Source of the DNA: Octopus vulgaris
Taxonomy: Eukaryota
Assembly (NCBI GenBank): GCA_951406725.2
Contig: OX597820.1
Location: 20,770,001 to 20,834,000 of the forward strand
DNA length: 64,000 bases
Direction of reading: 5' to 3'
The notes below the pieces were generated by a model that worked only from the letters and a program-made list of their open reading frames with translations, made no database searches and was not told where the DNA came from. The translations under genes and the position numbers were made by a program. Positions 24,841 through 40,100 of the stretch are shown here, one piece after another (position 1 is the stretch's first letter; each line of letters begins with the position of its first letter).

Positions 24841-25270
24841 CCTCACACCTCGTTCTGTGTCTTTGAAGGACTCGAGCAGACAAGTAGACATTCAGCGGAA
24901 CAAGTGCTGCGTAGTTTATATGATATTTACAATGCTTGACTGGAATTTATCGGCTGCTGAGAGCGGGACGTTCATAACAACAACAACAGCAAGAGCAACA
25001 ACAACACCAGTATTGATATTAATAATCTTTGCCACTATTGGCAAAGGGTGTGAAATTTCGGGGGGCGGGGCGGGGCCAGGCGATTACATTCACCCTAATG
25101 TTCAACTGGTAATTATTTTATCGACGACCCCCGAAGACAAAGTCCATTTTCGGTGGCATTTGAACTCATGACGTAAAACCAGAAGGAATGCAACTATGCG
25201 TTTTTTGTTCAAGGCGCTAACGATTCAGCCAAACAAGAAGAAGAAGAAGAAGAACAGCAACAACAACAAC

Positions 25271-25334
<64 letters not shown>

Positions 25335-25511
25335 GACATTCACTAGTACAACACCAAAAAAACCCAAATATATGGCACACTAGGCATAACAACAACGTGA
25401 ACTTCCAACCTGTTGTCTCTTGAGGTCTCTGGGTGAGACTTGGAGCCAACTTGTACAAACATAAAGCAAAAGTCAAACATAGAATAATAATAAGAATAAT
25501 AATAATAATAA

Positions 25512-25583
<72 letters not shown>

Positions 25584-25585
<2 letters not shown>

Positions 25586-26000
25586 TAAAGACCTACTCAT
25601 TGAAAGAAAATATAAAGACCTACTCATTGAAAGAAAATATAAAGACCTACTCATTGAAATTGAGAAAATGTGGCATCTCAAGGCGGTTACATTACCAGTG
25701 ATCGTAGGAGCACTAGGAATGATCAAGAAGGGAACCGAAAATTATATGAGAATGATCCCTGGCTTACCATCCCTGCAAGAAGTGCAAAAGATTGTCTTAA
25801 CTTGTACATCACACGTATTCAGAAGAGCATTGTCGATGTGAGAACTGTTGCTGCTCATGTATTTTAATTTAACTTAAAAAAAAAAAAAAAAAATGAACGA
25901 ACTATTGAGTTTGGTTTAATGGCCTACCAATGTATACTATGCGTTTCTTTGCCCTAGGAGTCGGGAAGACACTCGGCAAGAAATGGAAGCAAATTTAAAA
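25584..26000 (+). mobile_element. R4/Dong-clade 3' fragment inserted in (AAT)n
   Basis: KYKDLLIEIEKMWHLKAVTLPVIVGALGMIKKG...LQEVQKIVL is the RLE C-terminus; followed by 3' UTR, an A-run and (AAT)n. Confidence 0.85.
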
Positions 26001-26001
26001 G

Positions 26002-26166
<165 letters not shown>

Positions 26167-26301
26167 CCTTGTGATTTGATAGACAGTACAAATCTCCGGT
26201 ACACACAATATCTTCAATCAACATCACGATATTGGATACTGTGCGACATCTTAAACAACAACAACAATAAAAATAATAATAATAGTAGTAATAATAATAA
26301 C

Positions 26302-26369
<68 letters not shown>

Positions 26370-26910
26370 TAAATGCCCTGATGCAGTACCAGGCAGTGGC
26401 TCTCATGGCTTCTGATCTTAACTGATTGGAAGTGTTATCATGTACATTGTTTTGTCTTGGTATAAAAGATGGGCTACAGCAAATATTCTGCTCAATACCA
26501 CAGAATTACTTGTCAGTTGAGCATGTCCCTTAGTGGCTGACGATATGTGCATCTCTGATCACGAGCAGAAGTAGTGGGGGAGCATCATAGCTATGTGTTG
26601 AGAGGGATTCTTTGGGGTTTGGATAAATCACCTCTGGAAACATGGGTGTTTCGTTCAAGACCCTTAAACAAACCTTATTCGGGGACCTTTTGAGCGGGTT
26701 AGGCTATTCGACCTGAAGAAAATTCTAACTGCGCCACACCTGGAGGGTCATGCGCTGTTTGTCTTGATATAAGATCACCATGTCGCGCACATGTGGTTGT
26801 GATGCATGTGCCTGGTGTACTCTTATCAGACGGGTAATCATGATGGGTATACTGGGCTTCGTATACTTTACCCCAGTATCACTTTGGTGGCTTGCACTGC
26901 TCTCTCACTC

Positions 26911-26998
<88 letters not shown>

Positions 26999-27150
26999 TT
27001 TATCTTGATATGAGATCACCATGTCACGCACACATGGTTGTGATGCATGTGCCTGGTGTACCCTTATCAGACGGGTAGTCATGATGGGTATATTGGGCTT
27101 CGTATATTTTACCCCAGTGTCACTTTGATGGCATGCACTGCTCTCTCACT
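26370..27150 (+). mobile_element. Two 3'-end copies (26370-26910 and 26998-27150) of a retroelement ending in GCACTGCTCTCTCACTC(AAT)n
   Basis: A ~150-bp terminal segment is duplicated; each copy is bounded by (AAT)n. Confidence 0.7.
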
Positions 27151-28631
27151 CAATAATAATAATAATAATATTGAAAAATACCTTAGGAATAAGAACCCAG
27201 GTTCAAAATTAGTTTCGGTTTCGCAGTATCCTAGACAAGTATCTTCTGAACGAGCCTCAGGTCGTGGGTGAAATTTGATAGAAATTGCATGCAAAACTGC
27301 AGTGTCCTTGTTTAAAATTGGTTGCAAATTTTGGCACAATGCCAGCAAATTAGAAAGAAGGGCCAAGTCGATGTAATCGACCTCAGTTCTCAATTAGTAC
27401 TTATTTCATCAACTCCGGAAGGATGAAAGGCAAAGTGGACACCAACGGAATTTGAATTAAGAATGTAGGGCGAAATGCCGCCAAGCATTTTGCCGGGCGT
27501 GCTAACGACTCTTTCCGCTCACCGCCTTAAGTCCTACTTAGCTTAAGACACTGAACTGGCAGAATCGTTATCGTGCCAGGCGAAATGCTTAGCAGCACAT
27601 CCCTCGCCATATCGTGGTTCACCTATCACGCACTCAGTACATCGCGGTTCACATATCGCCTACTCAGTACATCGCGGATTTTTCTGGCTAATATATGTAA
27701 ATTTATATCGCGAACTCCTCAGTATATCGCGGGCTTCTGCGGAAGACAGGTATTTATATCTTTTTAGATTTTAATCATTTCTGTGTGAGGTTTTGGAACC
27801 TAACACCTGTGATTGTCGAGGGATTGCAGTATTTCGATGGTCTTTATGTATTGAGTTGAAATTCTGCCGAAGACGTGTTTGCCTTTCATTCTTTCGGGGT
27901 CGACAAAATAAGTAACAGTGTAAAAGACTTACCCCCTCCCCACAAACTTCTAGCCTTGTGCCAAACTGTGGAACCAGTGTCACTGCTTGCGAGTTTTGTG
28001 ATTTCTTTAACGAGTCTGCCATGTTGCAAATATTTGAGTTAAGATTCCAAAAATGAGAATTATTTTTATCCCTTTCTCTCGTATATCTCTCAGGCACTAA
28101 TAAGGATCATGAACGCAATCCATCCTCTTCTGACTAATCCGTTAAAAAAAAAAAAAAAAAGCAATATTTTAATATATATGCTGTAATTCTTATCGTCTCA
28201 AGGGGTTTAACATGTAAAAATCAACACCAGCAAGATTAAAGGAACGAAGCCCTTTTGTCTGTTTTTATTGAAAGAAATATTACAAGATACGCGAACAGAT
28301 AAAATAGCGGATAAATGCGTTATATCAGAGGTGAATGCAAAATCGATAAGATTCTGTTTTTCTATTTAATAAAACCAGATGAACAATTACTTGCTACGGA
28401 TTTACAGAAAAACAATGACCATTCTTCAGGGATGGATCAGTTTAGCGAAAGGTCTCTTGAGATGAACGATGTTTATTGAAGAGCATTGATACAGTGATGA
28501 AAGGCTGTTCCCTAGACTAATGAAATCAAAAGACTTAGAGATGATGATGGCGTGGATGATGATTATAAAGAGGAGAAGGATGAGGAATAGGATGCTGGTG
28601 CTGTTGAGCTGTTGCTGTTGTTGTTGCTGTT

Positions 28632-28998
28632 GAGCGAACAGTCTTCGTCCCAGAGCTCGCAAGATGGAAGAAGTCCGAAACGTGGCCCTTTAATATTCGT
28701 AAGACCCGCAGAAGAGAAAGCAGGTCAACCCCCGACACCGAGAGCATCGACGGATGGATGAATGCGCATCCAGGCTCAGCGGTTGCGTAGGAGGTCGGGG
28801 ACAGGAAACAAGAAGAAAGAGTGAGAGAAAGTTGGGGCAAAAGAGTACAACAGGGGTCACCACCACCCCTTGCCGGAGCCTCTTGGAGCTTTGGGTGTTT
28901 TCACTCAATAGACACACACAACGCCCGATCTGGGAATTGAAACCGCGATCCTTCGACCGCGAGTCCGCTGCCCTAACCACTGGGCCATTGCGCCTCCA
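28632..28998 (-). mobile_element. tRNA-derived SINE (family C head, tail type 1) with a (CAA/CAG)n tail
   Basis: Head GGAGGCGCAATGGCCCAGTGGTTAGGGCAGCGG...GGTTTCAATTCCC. Confidence 0.85.
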
Positions 28999-29134
28999 CT
29001 GGATGTTGGTGCTGGTGCTTGTGGTGGTGGTGCTTGTAGCGGTGCTTGTGGTGGTAGTGGTGGTGAGGGAGACGATGAGAAAGACTTTTCATGTAATTTT
29101 GTTTTCATGTAATTTTGTTTTCATGTAATTTTGT

Positions 29135-29648
29135 TTATTACCTCCGCCTTAGCGAAGGCTGAGGTATTGTTTTCAGTCACATTTATTTGTTTGTCCGTGG
29201 ACACGATATCTTAAGAACTGCTGGATGGATTCGGATGAAACTTTCAGGGATGTTTGGCCTCATGACTGCCATGAAGTTATTCAATTTTGGGATAGATCCA
29301 GTACCAGACAAGGATTCTGGATTATTTTTTATATTTTCTTTCTTTTACATGTATATGTAAAGTTTTACATAGTTCTCTTGTACACGCACACGCATACACA
29401 CATATGCTCACACATTTTCAACGTTGAACATTACCATCCCATTTCCTTTGTAAACACACACACATACACACATACACACACGCAAACATACCTCTCTTTT
29501 ACACACACATATACTCACACTTCAAGCGCCATTTATCAGCTTTTTCACGCATTCCTTCGTTATTCATCTATAACCCCTTCCTTCCTCATCCATACAACGC
29601 TAGCTTTATCATTTATCTCCTCTACCTTCACCTCTCACTCCGGCTCTG

Positions 29649-29734
<86 letters not shown>

Positions 29735-30004
29735 AAATATATAAAAAGACAACGCTCATTATTATATTAGGAGATTATACATATATTTTAACTCTTTACA
29801 GTATACTTATATATATACATAATTCTATACAAGAGGATTACTAAAGGAAGACCGGAATTTAAGAGAAGAGAAAATCAAAAAATCTCATGATATTCATTAG
29901 AGGATTTTATTTCAGATATTCTCATTTTAAAAATCATCGGTTAATCGTTGAGAGGACGTTGGTGTTGCGTTGACAGAGGTTTGCGCTCTCTGAGTGCTCT
30001 TGTT
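29135..30004 (+). mobile_element. Helentron-type non-autonomous element, split by an internal insertion at ~29340-29880
   Basis: Starts TTATTACCTCCGCCTTAGCGAAGG, contains (TTTG)n and ends GAGGTTTGCGCTCTCTGAGTGCTCTTGTT; an intact copy lies at 40754-41115. Confidence 0.7.
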
Positions 30005-30247
30005 ATATTATATGTTATGGGGTCTTAAATCTATTTTATTTGATTTTTGATGTTTTTTTCATTTCATTTCATCTTCATTTTCACTTTTATATGTTACTTT
30101 ATATATTTTGAGTTCCTTAATCTAATGCTTTATTCAACTCTTCTATTCGGCTACTCCTATTCTACATTGTTCCTGCACCTTCCAACACACACATATATAT
30201 ACATGCACGCGTATATCCATATATACGTACATACGCACGCACTCACG

Positions 30248-30325
<78 letters not shown>

Positions 30326-30607
30326 ATTCACAATGGATTAGTAATGCAGATATACATATTTCATGATACCTGTAAAAAAACCCAGAAAACATTCAACTAT
30401 ACTAAGAACACTCTTCAACCGAACACTTACCCAAACTGCAAAAGCGATGTTTTGGAGGCATGTCCACATGACAGGAGATATGAGATTGATTTACCTGCCG
30501 ACTTCATCGTTATTATAAGCATTAAAACTTCCACCATCTGTCCCCCTCCACTGCCACAGACTGAGAGTTCAGCAATGTGTTGACCACACCCAAATTTACA
30601 CGAAGGC

Positions 30608-30673
<66 letters not shown>

Positions 30674-31063
30674 CCACACGTAGTTTTCAGATTAGGCACG
30701 CTACTTTTCTCTTCTTTCCACCACCATCCATGTTCACAAATAAACCCTATACTGCTCGCACTCAAACCCCACTCATTCGGGTTTTACTCCTTTTTTTTCG
30801 GTGTTGGGAGGCAAACGACATATCTCTCGAGGGAATTCCTTTCCAAAATTCTTTAACGGGTTCGTTCCGTTTTTCGACAGCATCTACAACCGGATGCGAC
30901 TCTTACTAACGTCTAGTTGCAGAGAATCGTCGTCACCATATTTCCCATTCCAGCCACCCAAACAAACGCAGTCTTAGGTAGTCGCTTAATTATCTAATTT
31001 GTATGATGGAAATTCATATGATCGGCTGAAATGGATCTATAATAGCGTATACTATAACAATCA

Positions 31064-31094
<31 letters not shown>

Positions 31095-31637
31095 TGTATG
31101 TATTTGCTGTTACCTTGTTAACTCGTTAATAGTGTTTTGCTTTAATGCTATACTGTTCTGCCAAATATATCTATTGGTTTTAGCTAAACGGTATGTATTG
31201 ACAGATTTAAACAAATTGCCTTTTATATACAAATACGTGTGTGTGTGTGTGTGTGTGTAATTAAAAGAGCTAAGTTTCTGTACAGAATTCTGGGTGGGTC
31301 CAACGATTATGGCCAATCAAAATGTTGTCATTTCTGTCCGCGATAATCACTTTGATGTCATAACGATATCTCGACAGAAGACACAATCGGTTGCAGTTCC
31401 CTCAATACATATGCAGAAATCTATAAATATTTTTACTGTTATTATTATCAACATTATTATTGCATGGCTTTTTTTGATATCATGGATATAATTTGGTTTC
31501 TTTCTTTGAAGTAGGTAATTTCTTCACTTCCAGCAACCAGTATGCGTTGTGCCAATAACTAATAGATTTGATTCAAGTTCATTTCACTTTTGAGGCGACA
31601 TTCGTCAATTAAATTTGCTTAATATATCTTTTTAATT

Positions 31638-32570
31638 AAGGTGATGGGCTGGCGGAATCTCTAGCACGCCGGGCGAAAGGCTTAGCGGTATTTCGTCTGC
31701 CGTTACGTTCTGAGTTCAAATTCCGCCGAGGTCGACTTTGCCTTTCATCCTTTCGGGGTCGATTAAATAAGTACCAGTTATGCACTGGGGTCGATGTAAT
31801 CGACTTAATCCGTTTGTCTATCCTTGTTTGTCCTCTCTGTGTTTAGCCCCTTTTGGGTAGTAAAGAAATATATATTTTAAGGCATCGAGCTGGCAGAAAC
31901 GTTAGCACCCTGGGCGAAATGCTTAAAAAAAGGCGGCGAGCTGGCAGAAACGTTAGCACGCGGTCGAAATGCTTAGCGGTATTTCGTCTGCCGCTACGTT
32001 CTGAGTTCAAATTCCGCCGAGGTCGACTTTGCTTTTTATCCTTTCGGGGTCGACCAAATAAGTACCAGTTACGCACTGGGGCCGATATAATTGACTTAAT
32101 CCGTTTGTCTGTCCTTGTTTGTCCCCTCTGTGTGTAGCCCCTTGTGGACAGTAAAGAAATAAGAATCGTTAACATGCCGAAAAAAAATACTTAGCGGCAT
32201 TTCCACCGGCTTCACGTGTTAAGTTCAAATTCTGCTGAGGTCGATTTTGCCTTTCGTCCATTTGGGGTCGAGTACTGGGGTCTACATAATCGACGAGCCC
32301 TTTCCCACAAATTTCAGGTCTTGTGCCGAAAGTAGAAAGCATTACTATCATCATTACGAAGGCAACAGACTGGCATAATCGTTAGCAAGGCGAGCGAAAT
32401 GCATCGCGATATTTCATCCGTCTTTACGTGCTGAGTTCAAATTCCACCGAAGTCGACTTAACCTTTCATCCCTTCGGGGTCGAAAAAGTAAGTACCATTT
32501 GAACACTGGGGTCATTGCAATCGACTTACCTCATATCCTGAACTTTCTGGCTTTGTGCCAAAATTTGTAG
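31638..32570 (+). mobile_element. Tandem cluster of family A SINEs
   Basis: At least four heads/bodies in direct orientation. Confidence 0.9.
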
Positions 32571-33784
32571 TCATTATTATTATCATTACTATTTCATTAC
32601 TTCTTCGAGTTTATCAATATAATTTGGTTTCTTTCTTTAAACAGGCAATTTCTTCACTTTCAACAATTACCCTACAATGGCGCTGTTCTAATAACTAATA
32701 TTTTCGATTCAAGTTCCATTGCACTTTTCAAAGGATAGTCATCAATGAAATTCATTCAATATTTGTTTCTTACAAAATAATATTTTCCTTAGCAATAAAT
32801 TTCAGCCAAACCATCTTTATTTGCCAACATTTCCAGTTGCTTACATTTCCCATTTAATATACATTTATTTGCAGAATATTGTTCGCATCTGTATGTGTGT
32901 ATAGAGTATGCAATTGAGAATATATCTATCGAAGAGTTAGTATGCATCTAATATAATATTAATATAACTGCACTTATACAACATGGCCGAATGTTTAAGA
33001 AGTTCGCATCGCAGCTACAAGGTCACGTGTTCAATGCGTCTCACAGCCACAAGATCACGTGTTCAATGCGACTCGCAGTCACAAGGTCACGTGTTCAATT
33101 TCGCTTACAGCAGCTCAAGAAAAGGGTATTCTCTATAGACTTCTTCGTCTGCCTTATAGTAAATGAAAACTATGTAGAAGCCCCTCTGATAGATTTCATT
33201 TATAATTCCTATTCATATAGTCGTGTGCCACATTGTAACTCAGAGATTCATTAGCTATGATTTAAGTTAAGGCTACACGTGTCTGTTGGATTCTCATCCA
33301 TTTGCAAGTAAATTTGGTAGCAGATTGTTCTGAATTCTCAACATCGAACGACAGGGATCTAACAACATGTTGATGACAACACTGCTGATACTTTCTCAAT
33401 TCTGTAATGAATATCAACTTCAGCATCTCCGTTGTGAGCCAAAATATTGTTTAAGTTTGTGAAATATTGGATGCTGGTTAATTTCTTTCATAATGCAAAT
33501 CTGTATGACTTTGCTCTTGGTGTGTGTGTTCGCACGCGTGTGTGTATACTCGCTGGACAGATTTTACGGGTAAAACCAATCGGCAGGAGACCCAGGGGTA
33601 GACCGTGAACAAGATGGTCGGATAACATCCATGAGCTCAATTGGTCACGCTTGGGGAACCAGCCGAGTTAACTGGAGACCGTTGCTTCTGATAGGACCTG
33701 ATAGAGGGCAAGCTTGAGGACTCTTTCCCCAAGACCTTACTAGAAATTTATGGGTGAAAAAGCTGAGATGAAATGAGATGGTTA

Positions 33785-34064
33785 CTCTTTTACTTGTTTC
33801 AGTCATTTGACTGCCGCCATGTTGGAGCACTGCTTTTAGTCGAGCAAATCGATCCCAGGACTTATTCTTTGTGAGCCTAGTACTTATTCCATCTGCCTCT
33901 TTTGCCGAACCGCTAAGTTACGGGGACGAAAACACACCAGCATCGGTTGTCAAGCGATGGGGGTGGGGGGACAAACACAGACTCACAAACATATACACAC
34001 ACATATATACAAACAAACATACATACATACATACACACATACATACATACATACATACATACAT

Positions 34065-34097
<33 letters not shown>

Positions 34098-34250
34098 TAC
34101 ATATATACGACGGGATTCTTTCAGCTTCCGTCTACCAAATTCTACCCGAGGCTATAGTAGAAGACACTTGCCCAGGGTGCCACGCAGTGGGACTGAACCC
34201 GGAACCATGTGGTTGGTAAGCAAGCCACTTACCCCACAGCCACTCCTGCA
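33785..34250 (-). mobile_element. SINE family B, full length
   Basis: Reverse complement of the consensus with an expanded internal (CATA)n. Confidence 0.9.
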
Positions 34251-34874
34251 CCTACTAATATACTATTATAATAATTATTTACCTTGAATTTAACTATTTC
34301 TGATTCTAATATGGTATTAATATATAATTGTACGCATAACTCAAAGTCCTGTCGTACTACAGCAATTTTGAGTTTAAATTCGGAATCAGCGTACTCAAAC
34401 TAGTTTAGTACAGCACCATTTGTCTAGATAGCAGACAATAAATCTTCTTCGAGACCCAAAACCATTAATCAAGAACTGGAGCCAATGATATCGACCTAAC
34501 CACTTCAAAAGTGCAGGCCTTGTGTCAATGCTTCAAATAATTGCATTATATAATATCATAAATATTATAAATATGTTATAGACAGTGTATGTATTAAACG
34601 CTTTTCAGAATTATGTTTGACTTAAAGTAGACTAAAACGAAAAGACAAAATAAAGAATTCATATATATATATAACACAATGTAAGTTAGGAGGTTATGGG
34701 TGTAACCCACTAAGGGATAGTATTTATCCAATATACTGTTGGTAAAGAACCCAGAATCTTAATACATAAATGTTTTTAATTGCAATGCAATTAACTTATT
34801 TATTGTATTAAACGGGTGAAGGTAAAGAAATATTTTACCGTTAATTTATAATACAAATAAGTAAAAGGAAAACT

Positions 34875-34964
34875 ATTTGGTTTGTTCATCAACTTTCAGA
34901 TATTAGAATGCTGGATTATTTATTCCAGCATTCTAATATCTGAAAGTTGATGAACAAACTAAAT
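34875..34964. repeat. Near-perfect hairpin with 41-bp arms
   Basis: 34875-34915 pairs with 34924-34964. Confidence 0.9.
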
Positions 34965-34987
34965 TTGTTTCTCCATTTTCTTATTTG

Positions 34988-35112
<125 letters not shown>

Positions 35113-35431
35113 AGAGAGAAAGTTGGTGTGTGAAATAAGAATTGTTAACATGCCGAAAAAAATACTTAGCGGCATTTCTACCGGCTTCATGTTTTTTAAG
35201 TTCAAGTTCTGCTGAGGTCGATTTTGCCTTTCGTTCTTTCGGGATCGAGTATTGGTGTCTACATAATCGACGAGCCCTCTCCCACAAATTTCAGATCTTG
35301 TGCCCATAGTAGAAAGCATTGCTATCATCATTACGAAGGCAACGAACTGGCAGAATATTTATCGTTCTGTTTATCATGTAGGCAGCCATCGTAATTGTTA
35401 TAATGTCTTGTTGTTGAGAGAGGCTCTCTTT

Positions 35432-35513
35432 CTTTCCTGATGAGAAGATTGCATCTTACACCGTTTATTCCTTTGGAATAAAACCATATTGTCTTCGAAA
35501 CATATGTCGAAAG
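35432..35513 (+). ncRNA. Type I hammerhead ribozyme with intact core; predicted cleavage after C35508
   Basis: ctttc-CTGATGA-gaaga-(43-nt insert containing hairpin tttattcc/ggaataaa)-tcttc-GAAA-CATATG-TC-gaaag. Confidence 0.85.
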
Positions 35514-35649
35514 TAAAAGAATTTTAATGTTTATATGCCAACATAACGTGGCACAGTCCTATAAATGACGATGTTACTGTTGTTTCAGCCCCAGGGAAAC
35601 ATCTTTTCTAGCTGGCTATCGGCTCACAGTTTGTGTCTATATATATCAT

Positions 35650-36010
35650 TTGCTATATACGAACCCCAACGGAATAGCAGAGACGCATATCGGAATGGCG
35701 GTCAACTCGTTCAATGAAAGGTATACACGTCTGGCGTCACTCAGAGACAAATACCAAAAAACATGCTACATCCATGTCAAATACTATATGGACATTGATA
35801 AAAGGTGGAATAAGCAGCCTCCAGATAGAATGGGAAATCATTGCTGAAGCTAAAATATACAGAAGACTGGGTACAAAATGTGAACTCTGTATTACTGAAA
35901 AATTAAACCTTATACAAGCATCAGGTAACATCCAAAACATTAGAGATGAGACCTTCTCTCCCTGCATACACAAACAATATTTTACACTCAAATATTTCAA
36001 AGAAGAGCCC
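35650..36010 (+). pseudogene. Penelope-like element GIY-YIG endonuclease remnant
   Basis: THIGMAVNSFNERY, then a frameshift, then TSMSNTIWTL..IEWEII..KCELCITEK..NIRDETFSPCIH; this is the C-terminal GIY-YIG pattern of PLEs. Confidence 0.85.
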
Positions 36011-36457
36011 ACATACGCGAGGGTAACCCTACCAGGATAGCCCTTTTCCGGAACGTGAACACACAGGGCACACGAATTTCAAACAAAAAAGAAATATGTC
36101 CCAATGACAAGCTACCTCAGCACACGAGTATAAGAACAACATACCCAGAGCAAAAACAAAATAAGGCAAAATAATGCAAACAAATTAATCACAAAAAAAT
36201 TTCCCCAAAAGACAAATTTTAGGGAGACAAGCATCCAAAAGATGCCACTCAACAGTAACGTCTTTTGATTCATTGCTTCATTGTTTTATTTACGCGAATT
36301 TACGAGAAACCCCGTAAACGAAGCGACAATGTTTCCAAAATGAAGGCGAACATTTATCTTCATGTGATCGGCTTGAAAAATTGTTAAGACGCTAAGATAT
36401 TTTCCTACTCTTCTTAACATGAAACCAATGGAAGATTTAATTCATGTGTGTGTGTGT

Positions 36458-36499
<42 letters not shown>

Positions 36500-36524
36500 A
36501 CGTGTGTGTGTGCACGCGTATGTG

Positions 36525-36960
36525 TGAGTAGCTGTGTGGTAAGAAGCTTGCCTTGTGGGCAATAAAGAAATAAGAAGCTTGCTTCCCAACCACATGGTTC
36601 CGAGTTCAGTCCTACTGCGTGACATCTTGGGCAAGAGTCTTCTACTATAGACTCAGGCCGACCATGTGGATTTTGTAGGCGGAATGAGTGGATTTGATAG
36701 ACAGAAACTGACAGAAGCCCTTTGTATATATGTATATAAATATATGTATGTGAGTCTCAGTGTTTGCTCCCACCCACTCCCATCGCTTGACAATAGATGT
36801 TGGTGTGTTTACGTGCCCGCCAATTAGCAGTTCGGCAAAAAGATACCGATATAATAAGTACTAGGCTTACAAAGATTAAATTCTGGTGTTGATTTGTTTG
36901 ACTAAACGCTGTGCTCCAGCATGACCGCAGTCAAATGATTGAAACAAGTAAAAGAACAAG
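36525..36960 (+). mobile_element. SINE family B, older copy
   Basis: Head, CORE-like segment and 3' stem-loop present. Confidence 0.85.
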
Positions 36961-37193
36961 AGAAAAGAACGCATAAGTGATTGTGTGGTGTGTTTCGCTA
37001 TTTGTATATGTACGACATTTAAATAGAAATCGACTCATATATTATAATTATACAATATATTACATACATACATACATACATACATACGTACATACATACA
37101 TACATACATACATACATACGGACGGACGGACGGACGGACGGAGGGGCGGACGGATGGATGTATATATATATGGATGTATATATATATATATAT

Positions 37194-37754
<561 letters not shown>

Positions 37755-38179
37755 AGAGAAGCATGCAATAAATACAAAAATATGTGAACGGAAAATTTAA
37801 GAAAATGAAAATTGAAAGTAATAAAATCCAAATTTGCTTTTTAATAAATTTTTGTAATTCAATAACTAGTATTGTGCGCGCGCGTGTGTGTGTGTGTGTG
37901 TGTATTTATATATAATGTTATATACATATATACACATACATAAATATATACATGCATATGTATACACATACATACAAAATGTTGTACACATACACACATA
38001 AATAGATTTGTTTTTCAGAATTCTTACACACAAAACGCAAAGATATGGAAATTTTGTCATAATTCTGAACATTCAAATCTATGTACCTAATTGCGTGCCT
38101 CGGTGGAAATGTATATAAAACTGGTTAATTATTATTGTAGATAATTCCATTAACTCGTATTCCTCCATAATACTCAATG

Positions 38180-39000
38180 TTATATTCTTTTCTACTCAAG
38201 GCACAAGACGCGAAATTTTTAGGAAGGGGGCCAGTCGATTAGATCGACCTCTATACGCAACTGGTATTTAATTTATCGACCCCGAAAGGATGAAAGGCAA
38301 AGTCGACCTCGGTGGAATTTGAACTCAGAACTTAAAGACAGGCGAAATACCTATTTCTTTACTACCCACAAGGGGTTAAACACAGAGGGAACAAACAAGG
38401 ACAGACAAACGGATTAAGTCGATTACATCGACCCCAGTGCGTAACTGGTACTTATTTAATCGACCCCGAAAGGATGAAAGGCAAAGTCGACCTCGGCAGA
38501 ATTTGAACTCAGAACGTAGCGGCAGACGAAATACCGCTAAGTATTTCGCCCGGCGTGCTAACGTTTCTGCCAGCTCGCAGCCTTAATTCTGTTATATTAT
38601 CATTATTAGTAGAGCAGTAAGACGGCGAGCTAACAGAATCATTAACATGCTCTTCAAAATGCTTAGCAGCATTTCGTCCGTCTTTACTTTCTGAGTTCAA
38701 ATTCCACCGAGATCGACTTTACCTTCGGGGGTAGACAAAATAAGTACTAGTTGAGTACTGGGGGTCAATGTAATCGACCATCCCCGTCACCAAAATTTCA
38801 AGCCTTGTGCCTATAGTAGAAAGTATTATTGGTAGGGCAGTACGGCAGCGAGCTGGGAGAATCGTTAGTTCAAATTCCGTCGAGTTTGACTTTGCCTTTC
38901 ATCCTCTTGGGGTCGATAAAGCAAATACCAGCTGAGTCCTGAGGTCGATATAATCGACTTACCTTCCCCTAAACTGTCGGCTTTCTGCCAAAATTTGAAG
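38180..39000. mobile_element. Family A SINE cluster: two minus copies (38180-38583) then two plus copies (38620-39000)
   Basis: Similarity to 1530-1765. Confidence 0.85.
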
Positions 39001-39048
39001 CCATCATTAATTACCCAAAGGCTGCTCGCTGGCAGAACCCTTTGAGAT

Positions 39049-39307
39049 TGTAGCACGTTTCTAATAAGGACAGTGATGGTTCTGTTGTTTAAATTGAAGG
39101 CAACCGAGATCCAGTAGAGCAGCTAGCGGTGGACGATGGAAGGGTCCTCCAGAGCTTTTGGGTCACCTTTATAAGCCTGTTTATGAGCCGAGGGCGGAAT
39201 ACACGAGGGCTGCCACGAGCAGCACACACTGGAGCTACACCGCAATCCACATCGAGTAAAAGCATAATCGTACATTCACCCGTACATTAGGTGCTTCTAC
39301 GGTTACA
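39049..39307. mobile_element. Possible solo LTR
   Basis: TGTAGC...GTTACA termini, internal TTTATAAG and AGTAAA; no TSD seen. Confidence 0.3.
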
Positions 39308-39399
39308 TTACATAACATGACGCCCGTGTCTATCGCTAAAGGGGTGCACTGGACGGCACTACTACCTCAATTTTCAATGGTGCACCTCCAGATTTAATA

Positions 39400-40100
39400 T
39401 AATATATAATATAATGAAATTATTGTGTACAGTGCTCAGGTGCACCACAACTTGTCGAAAGTGCGTATAAAGCATATGCAGTAATGTACAAATGTCTGGG
39501 AAGTGAACAGTGTATGCTTGCGTGTGTATGGAGGGGAGAAAATCAGATGTAGTGTTAGCGAATCTCGGGAAGCATGGACGTTTTGAAGGATGCAGTGCTC
39601 CGACAACTAACAACTGATGCCGGTGGTTTGTTCCATGCTTCAGCAACTCTCAGCGTGAAAAAATGTTTCTGAAAGTCATGGGAGCTGTGCTGTTTTCTGA
39701 CTTTGTAAATATGTCCACGGGTGTTAGACAGGCGGAGTTTGAAAAGGTGCTCAGAGTTAATGTTTGTAAGCTGGTTAATAATTTTATGGGTGTCTGCCAA
39801 GTCAACTGCCAGACGTCGGAGTTTCAATGTATCAAGCCCAGGGAAGTAAGACGTTCAGAATATGGCAAATGCCTGATGGAGGGTATTCTCTTGGTTGCGC
39901 ATCGCTGAACGGCTTCCAGACGATTAATATCCTGGGCAAGATAGGGGTTTCAGACCGGTGATGCAAATTCCAGGTGAGGTCTTACCATAGCTATATAAAG
40001 CCGCGGATAGATAGCCAGAGATTGGCTCACAAAGGACTTGACTTGGTGGGTGATGCCAAGACACCCTCAGCCTTCTTGACAATTTTAGCAATGTTTTGTC
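39400..40100 (-). mobile_element. CR1-type LINE 3' fragment
   Basis: LKLRRLAVDL...SNTRGHIYKV...FFTLRVAEAWN.P is the CR1 ORF2 C-terminus. Confidence 0.85.

Noticed and set aside
30431-30610. Minus-strand open frame ending at a GTAAGT donor
   Set aside because: No recognisable homology; the upstream side runs into (TA)n without an acceptor.
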